From contig JADHVI010000002.1 of the NCBI GenBank assembly GCA_016784125.1, positions 35,653-99,652 of the forward strand: a stretch of DNA of 64,000 bases. The letters run 5' to 3'. The notes below the pieces were generated by a model. It was given only the letters and a program-made list of their open reading frames with translations, did not search any database and was not told the origin of the DNA. Below, in pieces: positions 9,970 to 19,329 of the stretch. The position numbers were made by a program, and so were the translations under genes. How positions within the stretch are numbered: position 1 is the first letter of the stretch; every line of letters begins with the position of its first letter. Source of the DNA: Candidatus Woesearchaeota archaeon. GTDB taxonomy: Archaea; Nanobdellota; Nanobdellia; Woesearchaeales; GCA-2686295.

Positions 9970-10069
9970 AGCTTACTATATTTCTACAAAATACAGAAAT
10001 TAAAAAACTTTAGTCTTCTAGCTTACTATATTCTTACAAAATGTAGAAGTTCAAAAACTTTAGTTTTTG
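9970..10069. repeat. imperfect 2 x 50-bp tandem direct repeat in the ppsA/HIT divergent intergenic region
   Basis: Unit 1 (9970-10019) and unit 2 (10020-10069) align without gaps with 41/50 identities by hand count. Each unit carries a TTCTACA-N3-TGTAGAA-like imperfect inverted repeat. Confidence 0.8.
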
Positions 10070-10120
10070 TAACTTTTGAAAAAGAAAATGTTTTTATAAG
10101 AAAATATTTTCTGAAAATTC

Positions 10121-10528
10121 ATGGATTGTGAATTATGTAAAGCAATTAATGAAACTGACAGAATCATTTTTGAAACAGAGCTTTCTTTTTGTATTATTCC
10201 AAAGTGGCCTTTGAAAACAGGTCATGTTATGGTTCTTCCAAAAAGGCATGTTGTTGATTGGAGTGAGCTTAACAAAGAAGAAGCAAAAGACTTAATAGAC
10301 TTAATTGATAAAATGAAGTTTACTTTGTTAAAAGGATTTGAAGAAGATTGTTTAATTTTGAATCATGCAGGCAAACTACGTTCTCAACAGCATTTGCATG
10401 CGCACATTGTGCCTTCTAAAAAAGCCATGAGGGATTTTTTCCTTCTAACAGAAAATATTCCCAAATATGAAGATGTTCCTGAGAAAGTAATGATTGAGAT
10501 GTGCGAACATGTCAAGAAATTACTCTAA
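10121..10528 (+). CDS. HIT-family (histidine triad) nucleotide hydrolase/transferase
   Basis: The histidine triad HLHAHIVP is at the expected position. 135 aa. Confidence 0.85.
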   Translation: MDCELCKAINETDRIIFETELSFCIIPKWPLKTGHVMVLPKRHVVDWSELNKEEAKDLIDLIDKMKFTLLKGFEEDCLILNHAGKLRSQQHLHAHIVPSKKAMRDFFLLTENIPKYEDVPEKVMIEMCEHVKKLL

Positions 10529-10780
10529 TTCTATTACCCAATGACCATTTTTTTCGATTTCTTTTGCAGAATGATAATCTGTTAGTTTAACTTTATTCAG
10601 ATTTTTAACTTTCTTCTTCAAAACTCGTCCAGTGTACTTCTTTGTCTTTGGATCATATTCTTCTAGAACTAATGTATCTCCTTCTGCAATGTCAAAATCT
10701 GCTAATCTTAAATCAGTTGTTTTTTTACCTTCAACAATTCTTTGAAATAAATCCGGCCAAGTCTTTTTTTTGATTTCCAT
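10520..10780 (-). CDS. ASCH/DUF3850-like small PUA-fold protein
   Basis: 86 aa. KKTWPDLFQRIVEGKKTTDLRLADFDIAEGDTLVLEEY resembles DUF3850/ASCH N-termini. Confidence 0.45.
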   Translation of the reverse strand: MEIKKKTWPDLFQRIVEGKKTTDLRLADFDIAEGDTLVLEEYDPKTKKYTGRVLKKKVKNLNKVKLTDYHSAKEIEKNGHWVIELE

Positions 10781-10855
10781 AATAATTCAAAGTTTTAGAA
10801 GTATAAAAAAGTTTCTTATAAAAGTTTGACTTTTGAAAATCTTAAAAATAAAGAT

Positions 10856-11716
10856 TTAACAAAACTTATCCATTAGTTTCTTTATAGAAATGTTATCAAT
10901 TTTCTGTTTGACTAAGGGTGTTCGTTTTAATACAGGGTGCTCTTCTTCATACAATGGTTTTTCTTCTTTGTAGAAAACTCCGATTGGTATTTTATCCCAT
11001 CCTTCTAATGATTTTTTAAATGCCTTCTCCTGATTATCTGGCTTGTAGCCTTTTTTCTGTAAGTCATAGATTCTTTCTTTGAACCATGGGAATGTATTAT
11101 GTTTGTTGAAGCTAACACATACCTGGAATATATCTACAAATGCAAATCCTTTGAACGCAATTGCATCCGCAATTGTGTTTGTCAAATGATCCATATCTCC
11201 TGAGAAACTCCTAGCAACATAAGATGTTCTTTGCGCAACCGCCAAAGCTATTGGATTAATTGGATCATCCATATTGCCGCCTGGTGAAGAACTTGTTTTG
11301 TCTCCATGCATGGTTGTTGGTGATGTTTGCCCTTTTGTCAAACCGTAAATCTGATTATCATGAACTAATAATGTAACATTTATGTTTTTTCGGAGTGAAT
11401 GTATGAAATGATTCATTCCCTCTCCAAAAACATCTCCGTCCCCACCTATAACTATAACGTGTAATTTTTTGTTCGCGATTTTCGCACCCATTCCAACAGG
11501 CAATCCTCGTCCATGTACTCCGTGAAATCCGAATGTGTTTATCCATTGAGGTAGTTTTGATGAACATCCAATGCCTGCTACAACAAGTACATCTTTTGGA
11601 TTCAGTTTTAGTTGTACTAATGCTCTTTTTAGTGCTGTCAATATGCCAAAGTTTCCGCATCCCGGACACCAATCAGGTGAGTATCCACTCGTATTCAAAT
11701 CTCTCAGCTCAGTCAT
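10856..11716 (-). CDS. korB: 2-oxoacid:ferredoxin oxidoreductase, beta (TPP-binding) subunit
   Basis: WCPGCGNFGIL and GGDGDVFGEGMNHF TPP-binding motifs. It overlaps the alpha subunit gene by 8 nt. Confidence 0.92.
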   Translation of the reverse strand: MTELRDLNTSGYSPDWCPGCGNFGILTALKRALVQLKLNPKDVLVVAGIGCSSKLPQWINTFGFHGVHGRGLPVGMGAKIANKKLHVIVIGGDGDVFGEGMNHFIHSLRKNINVTLLVHDNQIYGLTKGQTSPTTMHGDKTSSSPGGNMDDPINPIALAVAQRTSYVARSFSGDMDHLTNTIADAIAFKGFAFVDIFQVCVSFNKHNTFPWFKERIYDLQKKGYKPDNQEKAFKKSLEGWDKIPIGVFYKEEKPLYEEEHPVLKRTPLVKQKIDNISIKKLMDKFC

Positions 11717-13469
11717 TGTACACCTTTTTTATTCCATCATAAATTTCGCTTGGATAGAGCGTTCTTCCATTATGCTTCAATACTTTATGTTTAATTTTAA
11801 AACCTGTAAATTCTCTTATTATTCCTGCTAGTTGTGCAGTAACATTTTCTTCTACATTCACAACTTTCTTCGCGTTTTTCAAAAATCTCTTTACATAATC
11901 TACATGCATAGGATAAATATAAACAAAGTGCAAGAAGTTTGCTTTAATACCATCTTCTTTCAAATACTTCATCGCTTCTAGTATGGCTCCTTTTGTTGAT
12001 CCCCAACCAACAATTGTTACGTCAGCGTTTTGAGGACCATAAAGTTTTGGTAATGGAATTTCTGATAATGCAGTGTCCAGTTTTCTGAATCGTTTACCAT
12101 CTTGTATTAGTCTATTATCAGGGTTTTCGCAAATGTTTCCATATTCATTATGTTCATCACTGCTTGATCTGAATAGAGTTTTTTGTCCAGGAATCGCTCT
12201 TGGTGAAACTCCTGAATCTGTGTTCATGAATCGTTTGTAATCAACCCATTGATTGGCTTCTTCATCTGAAAGTAACCATCCTCTATCTATTTTCAAGTTT
12301 TTCGTATCAAATTCTTTGACAGATTTATATGATGCTGCTAAGTGTTTATCAGAAACTATAAACACTGGTAATTGATATTTATCTGCTAAGTTAAATGCAT
12401 TGAATGTTTCGTAGAAGCATTCTTCTGCATCTCCTGGTGCGATTAGAATACGAGGAAATTCTCCGTGCCCTATATTTAAAACAAATTTTAAATCTCCTTG
12501 GCCTTGTCTTGTTGGCAATCCAGTTGCAGGTCCTGGTCTTTGAACATTAACTATTACTAATGGTACTTCACTTATTCCTACTAAGCTTGTTGTTTCAGTC
12601 ATCAATGCTAATCCACCACCACTAGTTGCAGTCATTGATCTCACACCTGCAAATGATGCTCCAAGTGCCATGTTAATAGCAGTAATTTCATCGTCAGCTT
12701 GTTTCATCACAACTTTTGCTTCTTTTTCTTTTCTTACAAAGTAACCCATTATTGATGACGCAGGAGTCATTGGATATGCGGACATAAATTTACAACCTGC
12801 TTTTATTGCTCCTAAAGCAATTGCTTCATTTCCTCTAATCAACATTTTCTTTGTTCGCGGTCTTTTCTCTAACTTTATTTCGAAATCATTTTGAAAATTT
12901 TTCTTGATATAATCATATCCTTTCTTTGCAATATGAACATTTATCTCTGCAATCTTGGATCCTTTTAATCTCCTATTATTTACTCCTCTAATGGCCTCTG
13001 CCAAACATGTGAAATCATAATCAAGAATGGCCATTGATGCTCCTACTGCAACAGAGTTTCTCATGACTCTTATACCACCTTTTGTTTCGTTGACTAATTT
13101 CATTAAGGGAACATCATATAATTTGATGTCAGATCTAATCTCTCCTTCTTGTAGTTTTATTTCACTTGCATCATATACTATTCCACCACCAGCTGTTAAA
13201 AAGTCTTTGTGTCTATTAATAGTATCTTTGTTTAAAGCTACAATAAGATTATACATTAATATTGGACAAGTAACTTCATCTTCTTCAACTCTTACGCCGA
13301 ATGAATTATGACCTCCTCGAATCAATGAAGGATACTCTACATGCGTATGGATGTTCAATCCGCCTTGCACCATTGCACGAGCAAATTTTTCACCTGCAGT
13401 CATTATTCCATAACCAGCTTCCCCGCCTATCAACCAAGAAAGCCTATTTATGTCTAGGGCCATACTCAA
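11709..13469 (-). CDS. korA: 2-oxoacid:ferredoxin oxidoreductase, alpha (fused gamma-alpha) subunit
   Basis: 586 aa with an N-terminal gamma-like domain (GGEAGYGIMTAGE) fused to an alpha domain (AYPMTPASSI, GGLALMTE). This matches the two-subunit archaeal OFOR layout. Confidence 0.92.
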   Translation of the reverse strand: MSMALDINRLSWLIGGEAGYGIMTAGEKFARAMVQGGLNIHTHVEYPSLIRGGHNSFGVRVEEDEVTCPILMYNLIVALNKDTINRHKDFLTAGGGIVYDASEIKLQEGEIRSDIKLYDVPLMKLVNETKGGIRVMRNSVAVGASMAILDYDFTCLAEAIRGVNNRRLKGSKIAEINVHIAKKGYDYIKKNFQNDFEIKLEKRPRTKKMLIRGNEAIALGAIKAGCKFMSAYPMTPASSIMGYFVRKEKEAKVVMKQADDEITAINMALGASFAGVRSMTATSGGGLALMTETTSLVGISEVPLVIVNVQRPGPATGLPTRQGQGDLKFVLNIGHGEFPRILIAPGDAEECFYETFNAFNLADKYQLPVFIVSDKHLAASYKSVKEFDTKNLKIDRGWLLSDEEANQWVDYKRFMNTDSGVSPRAIPGQKTLFRSSSDEHNEYGNICENPDNRLIQDGKRFRKLDTALSEIPLPKLYGPQNADVTIVGWGSTKGAILEAMKYLKEDGIKANFLHFVYIYPMHVDYVKRFLKNAKKVVNVEENVTAQLAGIIREFTGFKIKHKVLKHNGRTLYPSEIYDGIKKVYND

Positions 13470-13507
13470 AAAGTAAAGAACACAGTATTTAAACTTGTTT
13501 GAGCATT

Positions 13508-14191
13508 CTAAAGTGAAAAAAATCTTTGTCCATCAACCGATTGGTTCAAGTATTTTGTTTTGCTACGCTTGAAATTCACATTCATAGTCACTGTTTTTAA
13601 TCTGTTATAACCAAAATCCAACTGTGCTCTTCGAAGATATCTTGATCTTGGAAAATAAACAGTCATTTTTCCTCCAATCTTAGAAATATATTTGGGATCA
13701 ACAATAGCATCACCTATGCTAATACCTTGAGGCTCTTCAAAAAGAATAGGTGGTAATAATCCTCTGTTACTTGGAGGTATAAAGCCAATCGTATACGTTA
13801 AATCGCTTAAATCTCCATTCGAGTTGATAACTGTTTCAAATAAATTTCCATTTCGAGAAAAATTATCCAATGATAAAACTAGTGCACCTCTCCCAAAATA
13901 ATCATCTTCTTGAATATATGCTCTTAACAAATAACAATCCTTAAATTTTTTAGGGATAACTGTTTTTTGTGGAATTTCTTCAGGCAATTCAGTCCAAGTA
14001 AGAATTTTTCTTGCTTTAAAATCAAAAGATTCTCTCACCAAATGCGCGATTGGTGCTTCCTCCTTAAAAAGCAACAACATTTCAACATAGTCATGCATCA
14101 AGCCTTGTATTGTTTCAAAAGATGTTTCACTAATAAAATCATACATGGACCTTATGGATACTTCAAGAGTCTTAACATTAATTAGTTTCAT
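13508..14191 (-). CDS. hypothetical protein
   Basis: 227-aa ORF downstream of the OFOR genes on the same strand. No family recognised. Confidence 0.5.
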   Translation of the reverse strand: MKLINVKTLEVSIRSMYDFISETSFETIQGLMHDYVEMLLLFKEEAPIAHLVRESFDFKARKILTWTELPEEIPQKTVIPKKFKDCYLLRAYIQEDDYFGRGALVLSLDNFSRNGNLFETVINSNGDLSDLTYTIGFIPPSNRGLLPPILFEEPQGISIGDAIVDPKYISKIGGKMTVYFPRSRYLRRAQLDFGYNRLKTVTMNVNFKRSKTKYLNQSVDGQRFFSL

Positions 14192-14275
14192 CGAGTACGA
14201 GAATTAGAATTTTTATATAAATATATAGCTCATATTCGATAAATTTTATAAATATAGCAGGATTAAAACTAGAAA

Positions 14276-15028
14276 ATGGAAGAGATTTCTTTTGAAAATA
14301 GATATGGTGAAAAGCTAGCAGGAGTAATTTCAAAGAATAATGATTCTGATATAATAGTAGTTATATGTCACGGATTTGTAGGCAATATGAATATTAATTT
14401 CTTCCAAGAATTACTTGAAAATCTGAATGAAAATAATTTTAACGTTTTGAAGTTCGATTTTGCAGGCAATGGAGAAAGTGAAGGAGAAATTGGTGATGCA
14501 TCATATCTTAAAGAACGCGAAGATTTGGATTCTGTCTTGAACCAATTAGAAGAAAAAGGTTTTAAGAAATTCTGCTTGGTCGGTCATAGTATGGGTGGTG
14601 GTGTTTCAATCATGACTGCTTCTGAAGATCAAAGAGTTAAATGGATTGTAGATATTGCAGCACCAGCCTATCCTAATAGAATTAAAGATTATTGGTTTGG
14701 CGAAGAGAAGGTTAAGGAAGCTTTGACAAAAGGGCAAACAACTATTAAGACAAAAAGATATGAATTCATTTTCAACAAAAAATTCTTTGTTGATTTAGAA
14801 AAAGCAGATATTAAAGGATCTATCAAAAAAGTAAAAGTTCCATTGTTAATAATTCAAGGAACTAGTGATGAAAGAGTTTCTTTGGAAGAGTCTGAAGAAC
14901 TTTTCATCCTTGCAAATAATCCTAAGACGATGCAGATTATTAGCGGCGCAGATCATTGCTTTATTGGTAAGGAAGGAGATCTTTTTGCAACAATTATTAA
15001 TTGGTGTTTAAAATGGATAAAAGAATAA
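14276..15028 (+). CDS. alpha/beta-fold hydrolase
   Basis: Nucleophile elbow GHSMGG, an HG oxyanion region (CHGFVGN), and a C-terminal GADHCF His motif. Confidence 0.8.
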   Translation: MEEISFENRYGEKLAGVISKNNDSDIIVVICHGFVGNMNINFFQELLENLNENNFNVLKFDFAGNGESEGEIGDASYLKEREDLDSVLNQLEEKGFKKFCLVGHSMGGGVSIMTASEDQRVKWIVDIAAPAYPNRIKDYWFGEEKVKEALTKGQTTIKTKRYEFIFNKKFFVDLEKADIKGSIKKVKVPLLIIQGTSDERVSLEESEELFILANNPKTMQIISGADHCFIGKEGDLFATIINWCLKWIKE

Positions 15029-15447
15029 TTATACTTGGATTATTTGTTTTACTGACTGCTTGCTCTACGCAGGAAACCACAAATTATGAACATAGAGATG
15101 TTATCATTAATGATATCAACATTGACGTTGAAATTGCAGATAGTTTCTCAGTACAAATGCAAGGACTAATGTATCGCGAAGAACTTGGCGAATACAGTGG
15201 CATGTTATTTATTTTTCCTGATGAAATAGAACGAACTTTCTGGATGAAAAACACATTGATTCCTCTGGATATGATATTCATTGATTCCAATATGAAAATT
15301 GTCAAGATTGTTCAGGCCAAACCTTGTATCAAAGATCCATGCGAGCATTACCCTTCAGAAAGAGCAGCCATGTATGTTTTAGAAGTTAACAAAGGTTTTA
15401 GTGAGAGTCACGGTATTAAAGAAGGCAATATAGTTTTAATACGTTAA
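15013..15447 (+). CDS. DUF192-domain secreted/lipoprotein
   Basis: Lipobox-like LLTAC and the DUF192 core MLFIFPDE...FWMKNTLIPLDMIFID. I prefer the ATG at 15013 to the listed TTG at 15001. Confidence 0.75.
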   Translation: MDKRIIILGLFVLLTACSTQETTNYEHRDVIINDINIDVEIADSFSVQMQGLMYREELGEYSGMLFIFPDEIERTFWMKNTLIPLDMIFIDSNMKIVKIVQAKPCIKDPCEHYPSERAAMYVLEVNKGFSESHGIKEGNIVLIR

Positions 15448-15478
15448 TTTTTTATATTCATATTAATAACTAAATGTT

Positions 15479-15901
15479 ATGTCAATCAAATTATTTACGG
15501 CCACAAAAGCATTTATTATTCATAACAGTAAAGTGCTTGTTGTTAGGGAATCTTCTAAGTATGAGGATGGCGCGAATGCAGGCAGATTTGATGTTGTTGG
15601 TGGGAGAGTTGAACCTGGTGAGAGATTTGATGATAGTCTTCTAAGAGAAATCAAGGAAGAGACAAGTTTGGATGTGAGTATTGGTAAGCCTTTCTTTGTC
15701 AATGAATGGAGACCTGTTGTTCGTGATGAACAGTGGCAAATAATTGGTGTTTTCTTTGAATGCAAAACCAACTCTGATAAAGTTATTCTCAGTCAAGATC
15801 ATTCAGAATATAAATGGATTAATCCAGCAAATTATAAAGAAGAAAATTTAATTTCTAATTTGTATCCTGCTTTTGAAGCCTTTATAGAAAAATTAAATTA
15901 A
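15479..15901 (+). CDS. NUDIX hydrolase
   Basis: Nudix box GGRVEPGERFDDSLLREIKEETSL. Confidence 0.88.
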   Translation: MSIKLFTATKAFIIHNSKVLVVRESSKYEDGANAGRFDVVGGRVEPGERFDDSLLREIKEETSLDVSIGKPFFVNEWRPVVRDEQWQIIGVFFECKTNSDKVILSQDHSEYKWINPANYKEENLISNLYPAFEAFIEKLN

Positions 15902-17062
15902 TGTGTAAACTTCTTTTGCAATCTCTAGTTCTTCATCTGTTGGTATAACATAGAGTTTTATTTTTGAGTCATCAGTTGATATTATTATTTCGTTGTTCTT
16001 GTTTTTTGTTTTATCATATTTTAAATCCAGACCTTTCAAATGATTGAAAACTTTTTCACGTACAAACCATGCATTTTCACCGATACCTCCTGAGAAAACA
16101 ATACATTCTGCTCCGCCGAGTATTGCATGATAGCTTCCAATGTACAAAGCGATTTTGTAAGCCAACATATCTAAAGCCAACCCCGCTTTGTCATCTCCTT
16201 TATCTGATAATTCCTTCAATTCTCTTATATCCGATGTCTCTTTGCTTATTCCTAGTAATCCTGATTTTCTATTCAAAATGGTCTCTATATCTGTTGCTGT
16301 ATAATGTTTTTTCTTAATTAAATATAGTGGAATATCTGGATCTAAATCACCAGAGCGTGTACCCATCATTAGTCCATCCATTGGAGTAAAACCCATTGTT
16401 GTGTCAACTGATTTTCCATCTTTGATTGCCGTAATGGATGATCCGTTTCCTAAATGACAGGTTATCATCTTGGCATTTCGTTTGCCTAATAATTTTCCTG
16501 CTTGGTAGCTCAAATATTTATGACTAATTCCATGGAATCCATATTTTCTGATATGATATTTCACGTAGAATTCATATGGAATTCCATACATGAATGCTTC
16601 TCGTGGAATTGTTTGGTGAAATGCTGTGTCAAAGACTGCAAATTGTTCTGTGTGTGGCAATATTTTCTTGCATGTTAGTATGCCTGCAAGGTTTGGTGGA
16701 TTATGCAACGGTGCTAATTCTGATAATCGTTTTATGTTCTTAATGACTGTTGAATCTATTTTTACCGGTGCTTTGTAGAATTCACCACCATGTACAACTC
16801 TGTGACCGACGACTTTTATTTCATTAAATGTTTTTATGAGTTTATTCTTTTTCAATGAATCTAAAGCAAGAACTACTGCCTCAACATGATCATTCACAAT
16901 TTTTTTTTGTTCCTTAATTTCTCCATCTATTTCTAGCACTAATTTGCATCTTTTTAGTCCAATTGCATCTACATGTCCTCGCAAAATGGTTTGTTTTTTA
17001 GGCATATCTATGAGTCCATATCTCAAAGAACTACTTCCAGCATTAATTACTAGTATTTTCAT
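15893..17062 (-). CDS. ackA: acetate kinase
   Basis: MKILVINAGSSSLRY N-terminus, GHRVVHGG, HLGNGSS and FSGGIGEN motifs. Confidence 0.94.
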   Translation of the reverse strand: MKILVINAGSSSLRYGLIDMPKKQTILRGHVDAIGLKRCKLVLEIDGEIKEQKKIVNDHVEAVVLALDSLKKNKLIKTFNEIKVVGHRVVHGGEFYKAPVKIDSTVIKNIKRLSELAPLHNPPNLAGILTCKKILPHTEQFAVFDTAFHQTIPREAFMYGIPYEFYVKYHIRKYGFHGISHKYLSYQAGKLLGKRNAKMITCHLGNGSSITAIKDGKSVDTTMGFTPMDGLMMGTRSGDLDPDIPLYLIKKKHYTATDIETILNRKSGLLGISKETSDIRELKELSDKGDDKAGLALDMLAYKIALYIGSYHAILGGAECIVFSGGIGENAWFVREKVFNHLKGLDLKYDKTKNKNNEIIISTDDSKIKLYVIPTDEELEIAKEVYTLI

Positions 17063-18068
17063 GAATTTCCCTCTGCGCTTGTATGGCAGTTATGATTGTT
17101 ATGTCAACAATGTCTTGAACCGAGCATCCTCTACTTAAGTCATTGACAGGTTTTGTTAATCCTTGTTGTATTGGTCCAACCGCATGTGCTTTTGCTAATC
17201 TTTCTACTAATTTGTAGGCAATGTTTCCAGCGTTTAAAGTTGGGAATATTAATATATTTGCATCTCCTTTCAATGGTGAATGAGGACATTTTTTTATCGC
17301 AACTTCTGGAACCAAAGCCGCATCAACTTGCAAATCACCATCTACTATTAGCTCAGTACATTCATATTTCACTATTTTAGTTGCTTCAATTACTTTGCTT
17401 ACTAGCGAATGTTTTGCTGAGCCATAAGTCGAGAACGATAACATTGCAATCTTTGGTTCAAATCCGAATTCTTTTGCTGTTTTTGCTGTGTCCATTGCAA
17501 TTTGAGCGAGGTCTTTTGCGTCAGGATTTATTTGTGTTGAACAGTCTGCGAAAAATAACAATCTTCTATTTTCTGGCCAAATCATCATAAACACTCCACT
17601 TACCTTGTGAAAGTGCTCCTTTGTCTTCACAATTTCAAATGCTGGGCGAAATGGTTTTGTTTCTGCTCTTGTTCCAGATATCATTCCATCTGCATGTCCT
17701 TTATGCAGCATCATGGCTGCAAAGTAATGTGGGAGGAGCATTTTTTCTCTTGCTTGTTCTTTCGACACATTTTTTTCTTTTCGAAGTTCCATATATTCAT
17801 TTACATATTCTGCAAAGTACACGTCATATTTTGGGTCCCTAATTTTCACGCCATCTATATTTAGCCCTAATTCAGAGGCTTTGCTTTCAATTCTTGGTCT
17901 ATCACCTATCAAATATGGAACTACAATACCTCTCTCCAGTATGATTTCAACCGCTCTTAAGACTCTTTCTTCGTCAGATTCTGGAAAAACTATTCTCTTC
18001 AAATCTTTCTTTGCTTCGGCTTCCCATCTATCTAAAAATACCCTCATAGCTTTATACGAGGGAGGCAC
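17043..18068 (-). CDS. pta: phosphate acetyltransferase (short, PTA_PTB-only type)
   Basis: 341 aa with RIVFPESDEERVLRA, LKGDANILIFPTLNAGNIAYK and SRGCSVQDIV motifs. It overlaps ackA by 20 nt. Confidence 0.93.
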   Translation of the reverse strand: MPPSYKAMRVFLDRWEAEAKKDLKRIVFPESDEERVLRAVEIILERGIVVPYLIGDRPRIESKASELGLNIDGVKIRDPKYDVYFAEYVNEYMELRKEKNVSKEQAREKMLLPHYFAAMMLHKGHADGMISGTRAETKPFRPAFEIVKTKEHFHKVSGVFMMIWPENRRLLFFADCSTQINPDAKDLAQIAMDTAKTAKEFGFEPKIAMLSFSTYGSAKHSLVSKVIEATKIVKYECTELIVDGDLQVDAALVPEVAIKKCPHSPLKGDANILIFPTLNAGNIAYKLVERLAKAHAVGPIQQGLTKPVNDLSRGCSVQDIVDITIITAIQAQREIHENTSN

Positions 18069-18135
18069 GTATTTAAACTTTTATTATCACTTGATAAAAA
18101 GAAATATTTATAATTGTTTGATGATTTGTAATACT

Positions 18136-18703
18136 ATGAGGGATGTTCAACATAATATTGACGATATTTTTCCTAATAGGTGGTCTCCTAGGTCTTTGAT
18201 TGGAGAGATGACTAAGGATAATCTATATATATATATTATTAGAAGCTGCTCGATGGGCTCCTTCTGCCAGGAATGAACAACCTTGGAGATTTATTTATGG
18301 ATTGAAGGGTTCTCCTGAATGGGATGAATTATTTGATCTATTAGTTGAAGGTAATAAGGTTTGGGCCAAGAATTCTAGTGTTTTAATCTTACTTGTTTCA
18401 AAAAAAATCTATGACCATCAAGATAAACCAAATATTAATCATTCTTTCGATGCGGGTGCTGCCTGGGAAAACCTCGCCCTACAAGCCAGTATGAATGGTT
18501 TCTATGCTCATGCAATGGCTGGTTTTGATCATGATATTGACATTCCAGAAAAATATAATCCCGAGATCATGATTGCTATTGGAAAAATCGGGAAAAAAGA
18601 ACTTCTTTCGGAGGATTTGCAAGCCAGGGAGAAACCCAGTGATCGCTTGACAGTAGAAGATTTTTCTTTTAATGGTTTAGAAAATTTTAAAAAACATTTT
18701 TAG
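18136..18703 (+). pseudogene. nitroreductase-family gene interrupted by a frameshift in a (TA)n run
   Basis: The N-terminal piece (MRDVQHNIDDIFPNRWSPRS...MTKDNL) is in frame 1. The rest (LLEAARWAPSARNEQPWRFIYG...) is in frame 2. The switch lies in TATATATATATAT at 18224-18236. Confidence 0.7.
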
Positions 18704-18792
18704 AAACCTCAGTTAATGAACAAGTCATACTTGAATTATTTTGTAGATCTGGAGTAAATCGAAACATTTATATATTAATAACAGTTCTTAAT

Positions 18793-18804
18793 TAATAATT
18801 ATTA
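18793..18804. promoter_or_regulatory. perfect 12-bp palindrome TAATAATTATTA (Fur/PerR-box-like) upstream of the Fur-family gene
   Basis: The palindrome is seen directly and ends 18 nt upstream of the ATG at 18822. It resembles AT-rich Fur-box half-site architecture, but the genome is AT-rich, so chance is possible. Confidence 0.3.
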
Positions 18805-18821
18805 CTAATAAGGGATTTTTT

Positions 18822-19205
18822 ATGGTAACAAGAAATACATTTCAAAGACAAAAAATACTTGAATATCTTAGCAGTGTAAAAACTCATCCTACAGCAGAAA
18901 TGGTTTACAAAGAAGTCTTAAAAGACATTCCAACAATTACACTAGCAACTGTATACAGAAACCTAAACTTGTTAGCTAAACAAGGGGTAATACTCAGATT
19001 AGAAGTAAATAAAGAATATCACTATGATGGGTGTACTGAAGAACACCAACACGGTGTGTGTCAGAAATGCGGAAATATAATGGATTTTATGAACGAAGAA
19101 TTGTCACAATATGTCATAACACACTTGAAACAAAAAGATTTTAAACCTTCAACAGTCAACATAATCTTTCAAGGGACTTGCGAAAGTTGCAATGAGGTGC
19201 TTTAA
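18822..19205 (+). CDS. Fur-family metalloregulator (PerR/Fur-like)
   Basis: 127 aa with a winged-helix N-terminus (ATVYRNLNLLAKQG), an HHG-containing metal site (EEHQHGVCQKCG) and a second CxxC (CESC). Confidence 0.85.
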   Translation: MVTRNTFQRQKILEYLSSVKTHPTAEMVYKEVLKDIPTITLATVYRNLNLLAKQGVILRLEVNKEYHYDGCTEEHQHGVCQKCGNIMDFMNEELSQYVITHLKQKDFKPSTVNIIFQGTCESCNEVL

Positions 19206-19264
19206 TGGGATGTTGTAAAAAGAAAACAGACACTAAAACCAAGAAAAAGTCTTGTAAAGAATAA
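19205..19264 (+). CDS. candidate 19-aa Cys/Lys-rich micro-ORF (MGCCKKKTDTKTKKKSCKE)
   Basis: Its ATG overlaps the Fur stop codon (TAATG). It lies between the regulator and the peroxiredoxin gene. It is not in the ORF track because it is under 60 aa. Confidence 0.2.
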   Translation: MGCCKKKTDTKTKKKSCKE

Positions 19265-19329
19265 TGCTCAAATCTTTAAAAAAAAGTAATAGAACTAGCT
19301 CAAGCTATATTCTAAAGGAGGAAAACAAA

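Noticed and set aside
17153-18276. Plus-strand ORFs overlapping pta (17153-17380, 17381-17590, 17607-17864, 17621-17842, and the first part of 17881-18276)
   Set aside because: They lie antisense to the well-supported pta gene. Only the last roughly 140 nt of the 17881-18276 ORF is meaningful, as the nitroreductase N-terminus.
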